Assembly: GCA_002269645.1 (NCBI GenBank)
Contig: NIVC01001997.1
Span: forward strand, 1 to 64,000
DNA length: 64,000 bases
Direction of reading: 5' to 3'
From: Macrostomum lignano
Lineage: Eukaryota
Shown here: positions 24,615 through 35,665 of the stretch, one piece after another
How positions within the stretch are numbered: position 1 is the stretch's first letter
How the letters are laid out: every line of letters begins with the position of its first letter
The notes under the pieces: generated by a model
Told to the model about the DNA's origin: nothing
Database searches by the model: none
What the model saw: only the letters and a program-made list of their open reading frames with translations
Translations under genes and position numbers: made by a program

Positions 24615-25495
24615 GAGAGTCAGGACAAAAATTTGGGAGTAGAGTCAGGCAGAATTTGGGGAGAGTCAGGCAGAATTTGGGAAGAGAGTCAGGCAGAATT
24701 TGGGGAGAGAGTCAGGCAGAATTTGGGAAGAGAGTAAGGCGGAATTTGGGAAGAGAGTCAGGCAGAATTTGGGGAGAGAGTCAGGCAGAATTTGGGGAGA
24801 GAGTAAAGCAGAATTTGGGAAGAGAGTCAGGCAGAATTTGGGGAGAGAGTCAGGCAGACATAGGGAGGGGGAGAGTCAGACAGACACGAGAAGAGAGTCA
24901 GACAGACACGAGGAGAGAGTCAGACAGACACGAGGAGAGAGTCAGACAGACAGGAGGAGAGAGTCAGACAGACAGGAGGAGAGAGTCAGACAGACAGGAG
25001 GAGAGAGTCATACAGACACGAGGGGAGAGTCAGACAGACAGGAGGAGAGAGTCAGACAGACAGGAGGAGAGAGTCAGACAGACAGGAGGAGAGAGTCATA
25101 CAGACACGAGGGGAGAGTCAGACAGACAGGAGGAGAGAGTCAGACAGACAGGAGGAGAGAGTCAGACAGACAGGAGGAGAGAGTCATACAGACACGAGGG
25201 GAGAGTCAGACAGACAGGAGGAGAGAGTCAGACAGACAGGAGGAGAGAGTCAGACAGACAGGAGGAGAGAGTCAGACAGACAGGAGGAGAGAGTCATACA
25301 GACACGAGGGGAGAGTCAGACAGACAGGAGGAGAGAGTCAGACAGACAGGAGGAGAGAGTCATACAGACACGAGGGGAGAGTCAGACAGACAGGAGGAGA
25401 GAGTCATACAGACACGAGGGGAGAGTCAGACAGACACGAGGAGAGTCAGACAGACACGAGGAGAGTCAGACAGACACGAGGGGAGAGTCGGACAG
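24615..25495. repeat. Compound array: 23-bp GAGAGTCAGGCAGAATTTGGGGA switching at ~24865 to 22-bp GAGAGTCAGACAGACAGGAGGA
   Basis: Two unit types share the GAGAGTCAG core. Confidence 0.95.
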
Positions 25496-26039
25496 AAAAA
25501 GGAAACTCAGGCAAAGGGCGGACATTCTCCGCCCAAAGCAATTTCAAGAGAATAAAAAAGAGTTAATTGATTTGTTAATCTTTTAAATTTTCAGTTTCAG
25601 CTAAAATTTCTTTAGTCATTGTATACCTTTGTCTGCTTCATGTGTTCGTCTGTGTGAGAGAAGAGAGAAACAGGAGATGAAGAGGCGACGCAGAGAGGCT
25701 GCTCGGCGCCTTCATCACTGGAAGTGATCAATAAAAATATTGATTGGGTAAAGGCATGCGACAGGCCCTGGGGTGGCGAAGTCAGTCAGTCAGCTTCACC
25801 TCCTGCCTCTCTCTGCCACTTGCTTCTCTTCTCGGGCTGAGCACAGTGCATTGGCTGATGTTATGAATTTGCGCTTTATTGCTAATTTCCACTCAAAGCA
25901 CTGCTCTCGTAGTCTAGTCTGATTTGAACCGCTCAGTTTAATGCATTTACATGAGCATGTAGACGGATTGAACTCTTACATTGACTGTGCACTTTTATCT
26001 GTCTGTCTGTCTGTCTTCCTGCCAATTTATCTATTCGAA

Positions 26040-26057
26040 TATCTGTATATCTGTCTG

Positions 26058-26136
<79 letters not shown>

Positions 26137-26137
26137 G

Positions 26138-26174
<37 letters not shown>

Positions 26175-26175
26175 T
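26040..26175. repeat. (TATC)n microsatellite
   Basis: Near-pure tetranucleotide run. Confidence 0.97.
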
Positions 26176-26834
26176 CAGTCCATCTTTTTATATGAAGTAT
26201 TTATATGAAGTAGGCCCACGCTGGAAAGCCTGATGCAGTGCTCAGTAGAGCAATACTTCTTTCAACCCTGTCCCACAGCCTGCCAAATCCCAACTCCCAT
26301 TTCAATCCTGAGCCGCGGCGGCCGGCCTGTCCTCCCTCATTCCCGCTGCTCGGGAATGTCTGTCTCCGTGTCGATTAGAGTTTTTCCGCTTTCGACCCCG
26401 GAGAGATTGGAGACTGGGTTGGAAGCGGAGTTGAAGGGCGGAGCGGTTTAAATTAAAAGCAACCGCAGTGGAAAGAAAATGCCTTCTTGGGTTGCCTTCT
26501 TTTCTTCCCTTTCCCCCCTTTCCGACTCTTTCGGTTGGCAAGCTTCCATGCAGTTCCAGAACCGAGTGAAAGCCGGCTAGAGAAGTGTCGACCGTTTCTC
26601 TAAGCTGGTCAACTTGAGATGGCGAAGAAGTTTCTTTTCGGTTGCAAGCAAGCAGTAAGAAAGCAAATATGCGCTGCAAACATTTCTGGTCTAGTCGTGT
26701 GTGCAGAGCTGAGGCCTGTACGCTCGTAGCTGTCTCGTTCGCGTTGCGTTTCTTCGTTTAGAAATGAAGCTCAACTAATCTTGCTTTCTATCTGGAGCCT
26801 CTGTCTCTAAATCTCCATCTAGATGTCTCTCTCT

Positions 26835-27525
26835 CACCCGGCATCACCTGCATGCATCTCACTACCCTTAAATCTCTCCCCTTCATCTCTCCCTTTCATC
26901 CCTCCCCTTCATCCCTCCCTTTCATCCATCCCCTTCATCTCTTCCTTCGTCTCTCCCCTTTATCTCTCCCTTTCATCTCTGCCCTTCATCTCTCCTCTTC
27001 ATCTCTGCCCTTCATCTCTCCTCTTCATCTCTGCCCTTCATCTCTTCTCTTCATCTCTGCCCTTCATCTCTCCTCTTCATCTTTGCCCTTCATCTCTCCT
27101 CTTCATCTTTGCCCTTCATCTCTCCTCTTCATCTCTGCCCTTCATCTCTTCTCTTCATGTCTGCATTTTATCTCTGCCCTTCATCTCTCCCCTTCATCTC
27201 TCCTCTTCATCTCCACGTTTAATCTCTTCTCTTCATCTCTCCCTTTCATCTCTGCCCTTCATCTCTCCTCTTCATCTCTGCCCTTCATCTCTCCTCTTCA
27301 TCTCTGCCCTTCATCCCTGCTCTTCATCTCTGCCCTTCATCTCTCCCCTTCATCTCTCCTCTTCATCTCTTCTCTTCATCTCTCCTCTTCATATCTGCCC
27401 TTCATCTCTGCCTTTCATCTCTGCCTTTCATCTCTGCCCTTCATCTCTCCCTTTCATCTCTGCTCTTCATCTCTGCCCTTCATCTCTGCCCTTCATCTCT
27501 GCCCTTTATCTCTCCCCTCTATCTC
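26835..27525. repeat. 13-bp array CTTCATCTCTGCC / CTTCATCTCTCCT
   Basis: Alternating 13-bp variants (26-bp dimer). Confidence 0.95.
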
Positions 27526-28677
27526 TCCACTCAATTCACTCGTACCTTACATCCCTTCGCCCTTAAAAATAATATTTCTGTTGTCCGAGTTTCTATCGAT
27601 ATATTTGCGCAAGCAAATCGTTCATCGTTAGGCCTAGGTCAAAGCTATTCGATTCTAAATGCAGGACTAGCGCGTTTGGCCGTTTCAAGAACAGCCAACT
27701 GCATGTATGCTTCCACTTTGTCGCAATTGGAAATCAATGGAGGCCTTGATGCTTCATACTTGTCTCTTGTCCTTGAGTTGAGCACTAGGTAACTCAACTC
27801 ACGCTTAGGAAGTAAGCACCTGCCGTGAGATATTATTCTTTTTTACATAACAAAAATAACTAACACCGTGTAAAAACGAGCTGAGAGCAAAATTTGAATG
27901 CCAATAATATGATAGCTGCTGCTACTTAGTTGGTGTATTTTCTTTTACTTTATCGTGGATTTTGCCACAATTAACAAATAATTAAAGTCTGGTGATCCAA
28001 TATTATGCCTATAAAATACTATAACAATAATAAGTGTCAACTAACTTCGAAGGTTAAATAGTGGAAGATTGGTAAACGCTACTAGAACTACCATTGTGGG
28101 TGTAATTATTTTTATCAAATAGTCAATCATTGCAGAGATAACGTTTCAGCTTAGACTGAGGTTTAAATCCAGCTGTTTCTGTAGCTTGGTTTAGCATATA
28201 TAATTGATCTCATTGATAAGGCCTGTAATTGATATGCTGGCTTTGAAGTTCCATAAAATAGCCGACTTTTAATATTTGAGTAAATTTTATTTATTTTTGC
28301 CTTAATAAAACAGTTTTTACGACCTACTGGTCCTCTGCCGTTTTCTAAAATTGAATTTAAAAATCGATTAAAAGTGGCTGTCTATCTACCAACTGATTTC
28401 TAATACTGATTGTGCTTCACAGTATTTTCAAATTGGGTTACAATATTAATAACTTGCGTATTTTTCTATTTTTGCTTAATCTGTTGCTGTATAAAGTTTG
28501 CTAATTTAAAATTTAATACGACAGGGGAGAGTTCATACATAGGGTCGAAATCGAGGTCAAATATCTGGTGACTCGTTGCTCGGTTGTTATGCTAGTTTTC
28601 CAGATAGATTCCAGCTAAGTACGAGAGGTTAACACTGGACTCAAGCATTGAGTCTGACTAAATATCGAACATTCGGC

Positions 28678-30270
28678 TTAGGGTCCATCATACTCGGCGC
28701 CATCGTTAGCCTCGCCAGCGGCAGCGGCCGAGCGCTGTCGCACCTTGTGCACGCTGATGCTCGGCTTGCCGCGCTCAGCGCCAGCGATCGGCGTCAACTC
28801 ACCAGTGACATCAGCGCTGCAGCCGTCGTACGCGACGCTGCTGTCGCCGCCTCCAACAGCGTTGATAGCCTGAATTGTCTCGTCGCTATCGTCGCCTGTG
28901 AGATAGATTTTCAAGAAGCAGCAGAGCAACAGGAAGTGCACCCCGGCGTCCAGGCTGAAGACCATTCCAGGAAACATGTCCACGGTGGCGGCGTAGATGG
29001 GCGTAAACAGAGCCGGCCCGATCAGGTTGGCCAGAGCTTCCGCGCAGGATAGCAGCGAGAAAGTCTGACCGATTTCCGCCTCGTCGACCAGCTTGGAGGT
29101 CATGGATTTTGTGACAGACACAATGAACCCAGCGAAGCAGCCGAGAACGGCGCTGGCAAACAGTAGCCACGTTTTCTGAGCAAGGCTGGTGATCACCAGG
29201 CGAATGATCTTCATCAGGAGGCCCACCATGACCAGAACGGAGTCGCGAGGCTTCATAAAACGCGTCAGCAGCGGCAGGATGAGCACAAGGTTGAGTCCCA
29301 TGCAGGCGTAGTACACGGACAGATAATAGCCATAGTACTGACCTGGCCAGTTGAACGGAGCGTGCTCCACCAGCAACAAGATCACGTCCTGCTCCCCTTG
29401 CTTGCAAATCTGGTTGACGCACAGGGAGACGAACAAGAACACGAGCATCAGCTGCTGGGGACGTCGCTGCAGTAGGAAGCCGATGGAGTCTCGCACAGAG
29501 AGGCTCCTGGTGGCGGTGTTCACGCACGGACACGCCAGCTGAAGACAGCCGGCATCGTCAGAGGACTCCACGGACTCGACTACAAGCAGTACGATGATCA
29601 GCTCGAGCACTAGGTTGACAACCAAGATGACGATCAGCATGGAGTGGACGCTGCCGAAGCTCTGGAACACTCCGGTGAACAGGGAGCCCAGAAAGATGCC
29701 GAAGAAATTCATCGCCAGGAGGCGACCAAGAAGCTCCGTTCGATCCTCGCGGCTGCTTGTGTCGGCCACGTAGCTGCTGCAGGCCATGGTCATAACCGTA
29801 GACTTGCCGAAGAAGCCGTACACAGTAGCGCCGACCATCACCCAGACGAGAGTCGCGGCGCCTCCGACCGCGCTACCGACAGCGAAGCAGCCGACAGCGA
29901 GAACAGCGCCAAGAGGAGGCAGCATCATCGGGTACTTGCGACCCACGCGGTCGCTCCACGATCCGGCGAACAAGCAGAAGAACACCGCCGGCAGGTTAAG
30001 CAGAATCCGGTACGCCAGCAAGTAGTTTGAGGCCTTCCGCTGCAAATCGTTCTCTTCTTTGCTAGTCATGCGACGCCGACCGATTGAGTGCCAGTCGCCC
30101 GGCTGCTGTGAGTCGCACACAGGCGGGGGAATGCCCTCTCCCACGCACACCTGCTGGTAGATGAATATCCGAATTGACGGCTGCAGCAGACTCTCCGAGG
30201 CCTTGTAGAGAAAGAACACCAGCATCACCAGGTAGGACGAAATGCGGCGCTTAGCCGCGTCCGTCAGCAT
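28678..30270 (-). CDS. MFS transporter, SLC46 family (PCFT/SLC46A3-like), 530 aa, intronless
   Basis: ATG 30270 to TAA. About 12 hydrophobic segments, MFS motif A GSWSDRVGRK, and a large loop after TM1 as in SLC46 proteins. Confidence 0.9.
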   Translation of the reverse strand: MLTDAAKRRISSYLVMLVFFLYKASESLLQPSIRIFIYQQVCVGEGIPPPVCDSQQPGDWHSIGRRRMTSKEENDLQRKASNYLLAYRILLNLPAVFFCLFAGSWSDRVGRKYPMMLPPLGAVLAVGCFAVGSAVGGAATLVWVMVGATVYGFFGKSTVMTMACSSYVADTSSREDRTELLGRLLAMNFFGIFLGSLFTGVFQSFGSVHSMLIVILVVNLVLELIIVLLVVESVESSDDAGCLQLACPCVNTATRSLSVRDSIGFLLQRRPQQLMLVFLFVSLCVNQICKQGEQDVILLLVEHAPFNWPGQYYGYYLSVYYACMGLNLVLILPLLTRFMKPRDSVLVMVGLLMKIIRLVITSLAQKTWLLFASAVLGCFAGFIVSVTKSMTSKLVDEAEIGQTFSLLSCAEALANLIGPALFTPIYAATVDMFPGMVFSLDAGVHFLLLCCFLKIYLTGDDSDETIQAINAVGGGDSSVAYDGCSADVTGELTPIAGAERGKPSISVHKVRQRSAAAAGEANDGAEYDGP

Positions 30271-30395
30271 CCTTGCTTGCCTCCTCTCGTAGACGGATCG
30301 GGGAGCCCGCGGCGCCCCGACTCGGCTTGAGACTCTACGGGGAAAGATGAAGAAGTTGTAGAAGCAGCGCGAGAGAGAGACAGATGGAGGGGTAT

Positions 30396-30403
30396 GCCTT
30401 TTA
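30396..30403 (-). promoter_or_regulatory. Candidate TATA box (TATAAAAG) of the SLC46-like gene
   Basis: Canonical TATAAAAG ~126 bp upstream of ATG 30270 on the minus strand. Confidence 0.5.
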
Positions 30404-31544
30404 TAGCTTTAGAGCTTGCTACACCAATGACAGATATGGCGGAGCCAGGGAGAGTCGGACGCCCGGAGATTGAACGGCAGAAGGGCCGAAGTATAAAGAG
30501 GATAGCGAGGGAGAGCAGATGGGGGATTTGGTTAAGAAGGCTGCCAGGCTTGGGAGATGAGAGCTCAGCCAATCCCATTGTTGGCTTCTGCCTCTCAGAT
30601 CTGTCAGCCCCCGATGGCAGCAAACGCTTGGGCCCTTCACAGAATCATTTGAGTTGGAGGGGCTTGGTTTGAGTTTTCTTCTCAACAGCAAGCTGGCAGC
30701 ATCCTTGGTCGAGAGTTTCTGGGCACCCCAGTTCTAAAAATATTATTCTTGTTTCTCCTCTCTCTCGCCTGTCCTTGCATGTTTCTCATACATTTGTTCA
30801 CATGCATACTGCCTCAGCTTTTCATCCGTGTGTCTCTTGTTTCATTGGGCCAATGTGTGTGTGTGTTTGGCAAATAATGGTCTTCTTAAAATACCGAGTT
30901 AGACTCAGTTACGCAGATACTAAATTTTTTCAAGTACTAGAAGTAGACTTACAGGAACCGCTGATGCAGTGACGCTCCGACTCCGTTTTGTCAATAGATA
31001 GTCGTCGTCGGGATTCCCTTGTGTACTTTAATTTTTTTACTGGAGCCGCGCCGGCTCAAGAGATCGATTGCAAATCGGCGCAGCGTACCGAAGTTCAGGG
31101 TTTGAATTTGAAGATCTATAGTTGAGCTATATATGTATTACTATAGCTTGTAAGTCTATGAAAGCTATGTGGCTATGGTATTTATAATGTTTGCGCAAGT
31201 TTATTTGCCTTTTACTTTTATTCCCCCTGAATGTCCTTCATTAATCGTTCACACAATTTATATGGACATGAAAATGACACTGACAATTTCCCATATAGCA
31301 TATAGTTAGCTGAAGTTTTGGGTTCTAGTTTATTCAGGCAACAGAATATTCATTTTATCTAAAAGGACCGATACTAATCCGACTGAACAGTAATCAGAGT
31401 GCATTTTTTAAATTTCACTTATGCTTTTGTTCTGGGATTCTCGGTGATTTTTTCCTAACTGGCTTCGAAAAGACATACTCTGTTAATTGATTGATTTGTT
31501 TTCTTTTAATCTTCAGTTTTCTATTTTGTCTATTTTCCTTTTTG

Positions 31545-31930
31545 AGCTCTCTGCAGTTGTGTCTATGGTCCATATGGAGCTCTCAGTTGTCTAATAGTCC
31601 CTATGGAGCTCTCAGTTGTCTATGGTCCCTATGGAGCTCTCAGTTGTCTATGGTCCATAATGGAGAACCCTCAGTTGTCTATGGTCCCTAATGGAGAACC
31701 CTCAGTTGTCTATGGTCCCTAATGGAGAACCCTCAGTTGTCTATGGTCCCTAATGGAGAACCCTCAGTTGTCTATGGTTCCTAATGGAGAACCCTCAGTT
31801 GTCTATGGTCCCTAATGGAGAACCCTCAGTTGTCTATGGTCCCTAATGGAGAATCCTCAGTTGTCTATGGTGCCTCTCGAGTTCTCTTGTCAATGGTCCT
31901 AATGGAACCCTCAGTTGTCTGACTCTATGG
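31545..31930. repeat. 31-bp tandem array CCCTCAGTTGTCTATGGTCCCTAATGGAGAA
   Basis: About 7 near-perfect units plus degenerate ends. Confidence 0.9.
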
Positions 31931-34900
31931 GAACCCAGAGTGACTATGGGAAACGTTAAGTGTCTATTGAAAACCATGAAAGTGGTCTACGGAACCTTCA
32001 GTTGTCTGTGGTAGTTCCAGTTGTCCAAAATAACCCCATTTGTTTAATTAAACTGCTAAATCGCCTATCATGGAACACAATTAAGAATTAAAGGTTTTGT
32101 TTTGGCAAGAAAGCTCTAAAGCTTGCATGTATAAATTACCCGTACTGTACAAGTAACGTCACCATGCAAGTTGCTCTTTTATTTTCTAAAACTGTAGTTA
32201 TGTGAAGTACTCCACTATGGGCCCAACGGGAATGGGGTAAAATCTGATTGGGATAAATTCAGAGGAAAATGGGATAGAGAGGAAGCAATAGGCTGGGGGA
32301 TAGCCAGGCAGACAGAAGGAATTTATGCGAGTCTGCTAAAATCGCTGGTCTCGTTGCCATGAAACCAGAAGCCCGTGCAGAATCTCAAGCTGTTCCTTTC
32401 CAATTTCTAAAACTGCTTGATCCCATGGGATGCATTTTGCCGGCGGGTTTGAGCCAAAAGGCGAGGGGATTTGGCAGAGACTGTTTGAGATAATCGAGAG
32501 CGCAATTGAGATCGGCGTTAAGGCATACATTAGAAATAAATCGAGACAGGTGCTCGAAAGAGAACTCTGAATTTTTAGCAGGATTGATGATTTCTGTTCT
32601 CTCAGCAATTTCAGCTCTCTATCATACAATATTTCGTTCCTTGTTCTGTATACTTTATACAGCAGTGTCGGAACATTTTTCAAAGTGGTTGGGGGGGGGC
32701 TATTGGTGTGGGAGGGCACATTGCATGTACTGTACATTTTTGTAATCTAAGGGCACCCTAACACCTGCTTTTATGGCAGTTTGTGACACTGTGATAACCA
32801 GGCCAATATAAATTCTGTGTTGGAAGTCGGAAAGTGCTCGAATTTTCAACTGACTCAAACATTGCGCAACTGTACTGCACTATAATTTATTTAGTATATC
32901 ACAAATGAATGAAAATTGCAAGGGCCAGACCAATCAGTTAATTTTCTGGATCTCTTGGCTACCTCCTTCAGTTCCTATTGGCGCTGTCTCTTTATTCTGC
33001 TGACGGCATTTTAGTCATTTTGGTTGCAGCGCCAGCAGCGGTTTAATTGTCTTGGGATTGCGACAGACTCGACAACAACAACAACAACAACAGAATACGC
33101 GTTCAGCGTCACAGGGCGCGCCTCAGGGCCAGGTCGCGAACGGACGCCACGCGCCGCCGGCCGAATCCGGGGCGCCGGCGTCAGCCAGCAGGCAGTCGAC
33201 AAAGCGCCGAGTGTTGGGCCTGCTCCCGCCGGTAGGGAGCCTGCAGCATCAGCAGCAGCACCTTCTGCACCGGCTGTGGGCAGTATGACTCGGCGCGGAT
33301 GATGTGGCTTGCCAGCTCGAGTCGCCGACGACGGCGGACCACTTCAAGTATGATATGAATACTTCAAGCGAAAGCAATTATAGGTCTATGAAAGTCTTTT
33401 AGTAGTCATGGAGTCTTATAAGAAGTTACATGTAAAACTATGGACACCGTATTCAACGCGACCTTAGTATTATCTCACCTAAACTGGTCCATGATGTTAC
33501 ATGTAGCCAAAAGACTGTTTAGTTGTAAAGAAGAATTAATTAATTAAATTCTTCCGTTACAATCGCATCACATTTGAAGGACTCACTACAAAATCTGCTG
33601 GGCTTTATAGTAGTTATTATACATTCAAGTGTACAAAGATTAAATTCAAATGTTTCGCTTGTATGGAGGAAATTTGAGCTCAAGTTAAAAAATGCTTAGC
33701 TTCTGGTAAAGTATATATTTGTATTTTATTGTTTAACGATCTATCATAAAATGTCACCATTGTTAGTCAAATTGGTTTTGCTCACTATAATTGTAATACT
33801 ACTCGAGCCTAGCAATTTCCCCCTAAATGAAAACGAGCTTCAAATTTACTTCAACTTACATTGTGCTTAATTTAAACTGTTTTTTAATGAGCATCTTTTC
33901 GTCACGGCGAATATTATTTGAGGATGGGGCATACTACTTACAAATAGGTACGGTAGGCTGCATGGTTTTGCAAATATTGTTGTGATTGTGCAAGATTGGC
34001 CTTCGCGCTATAAAAATACACAAATGAAAAATACGTTCTCAAGCTACAGAAACTTTATTACGTCAGCTTCCACAGACAGTGTCACAGAATGCAAGCTTGT
34101 TTAAATACTAGCCTAATCAGAAGTTCTTCTTTTTAAATTTCGAAAGTGAGATTTGAAAGCTACCTTTCAACCAGTTTGTAATTGTAACCACCCGCTGGGA
34201 AAAAACTGACTTACTGCGCCAGGTCGAAGAGCCAAGTAACCTGGCGCATTTGTCACCAACTTGGGCCATGGGTTGTTCGTATGTAAAAAAACAAAGTTTT
34301 AGTGGTATGCTTTTATGAAAGTAATTTAGTGTTCTGTAACAGTTATAAGTAAATAAAGATGTTTATTACATTTTACCTTCCAATAGGTAAAATCAAATAA
34401 TTATCCAGTTACTGAGATCGGTGAATTTTTTAAAAAACTTAATCGTGCAAGTGATAATTAACGCGCGCGCGCGATTTGCGATCCGAATGATCAATGAATA
34501 TTTTATAGCTAACTTAAATTAAGCTTTGATTACTTGAAGAGTGTAATTCCATACATAATTTTGTTGTGAAATACGTAATTTGACAATTCATGAAAACTGA
34601 AAAGCACCATTTTTGTCTATACTGTCTACTTTTATATATATATAATACATTATTTATTGTTCACATCATTATCTTATTCGCAAAGCTGACTTAAAGACCC
34701 TATGCATATAAAATACATCTTAAGTCTGTTAGCTTTGTCTCAAGATGCAAATATAACATTGCATTTAAGTATAATTGCAAAGCTGATTGTTCCTTATAAC
34801 CTCTAGACAGAGTAATTTAATTTCATTACTGGGATAGATCATTGGAGCTGTTTATTCTATGTCATGTGTGTGAACCTAATGTATTTGATATGCTTTTAAA

Positions 34901-35665
34901 TTTTGAAAATATAAACCAGAGTAGATTTAAAGTGTAGGCCCCAAATGTTTAGATACTCGAATATAATTCAGTGTTGCAAAAAGATAAAAAGTAATTTGAA
35001 CCTAAAAAGTGAAAATGAAATGGAAATGAAAAACTATATCGATGATAATTGTGGTATATATACATATATATGTATTATTAGTACTAATTTACTACTAATA
35101 TTAAATTGGGGCCTATTATCATTAGTATTAGTATTTATATATTTGGATTTACTATTATGTAGTGTTGCTGAGAAGTTGCTATTAGATATGCAATAATTAT
35201 GTATTGCATTGCTTATTGTATTGCAAATACTTTAGACACATTAGGACACTTTAATTAAAGCTATACTAGTTTGCCTAATCTTGTTCTTTGCTATATGTCG
35301 ATATTTACAACGAAGTGTTGGTATTTATTGATGAATTCAAATTAGCTTTATGAAATTTTTAATACTTTTCTTAATGTATTTTAAATGCTAAAAGTAATGG
35401 CTTAACATGTTTAGAAGTTTAACATGTTTCTGTCTGTCTGATTATATGTTCATTGTCAAGTTGTGCTTCCTCTTTATTTTTTGCAAAAAATTTTTTGCTA
35501 AATATATAATTTAATATAATAAACAAATTCATCAGATGCAAACATTGTACAACCAATTATTTCCTTTAGATGTATACTATTCATTTGCTATAATTTTATA
35601 TTGAAACACAAGTTTGATTTATTCACTATATTAATGTATGAATTGTCACATACTACCACCAGATA

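Noticed and set aside
32336-32737. 133-aa minus-strand ORF as a gene
   Set aside because: Protein-like composition but no recognisable motif, no supported exon partners, and its start lies in AT-rich or TE-end-like sequence.
33010-33360. GC-rich island as an exon, a zinc-finger relic (CWAC...CTGC across a TAG) or a selenoprotein (CC-TGA-CC)
   Set aside because: All six frames contain stops within ~100 codons, Cys runs derive from an (AAC/GTT)n microsatellite, and no SECIS or consistent splice pattern was found.
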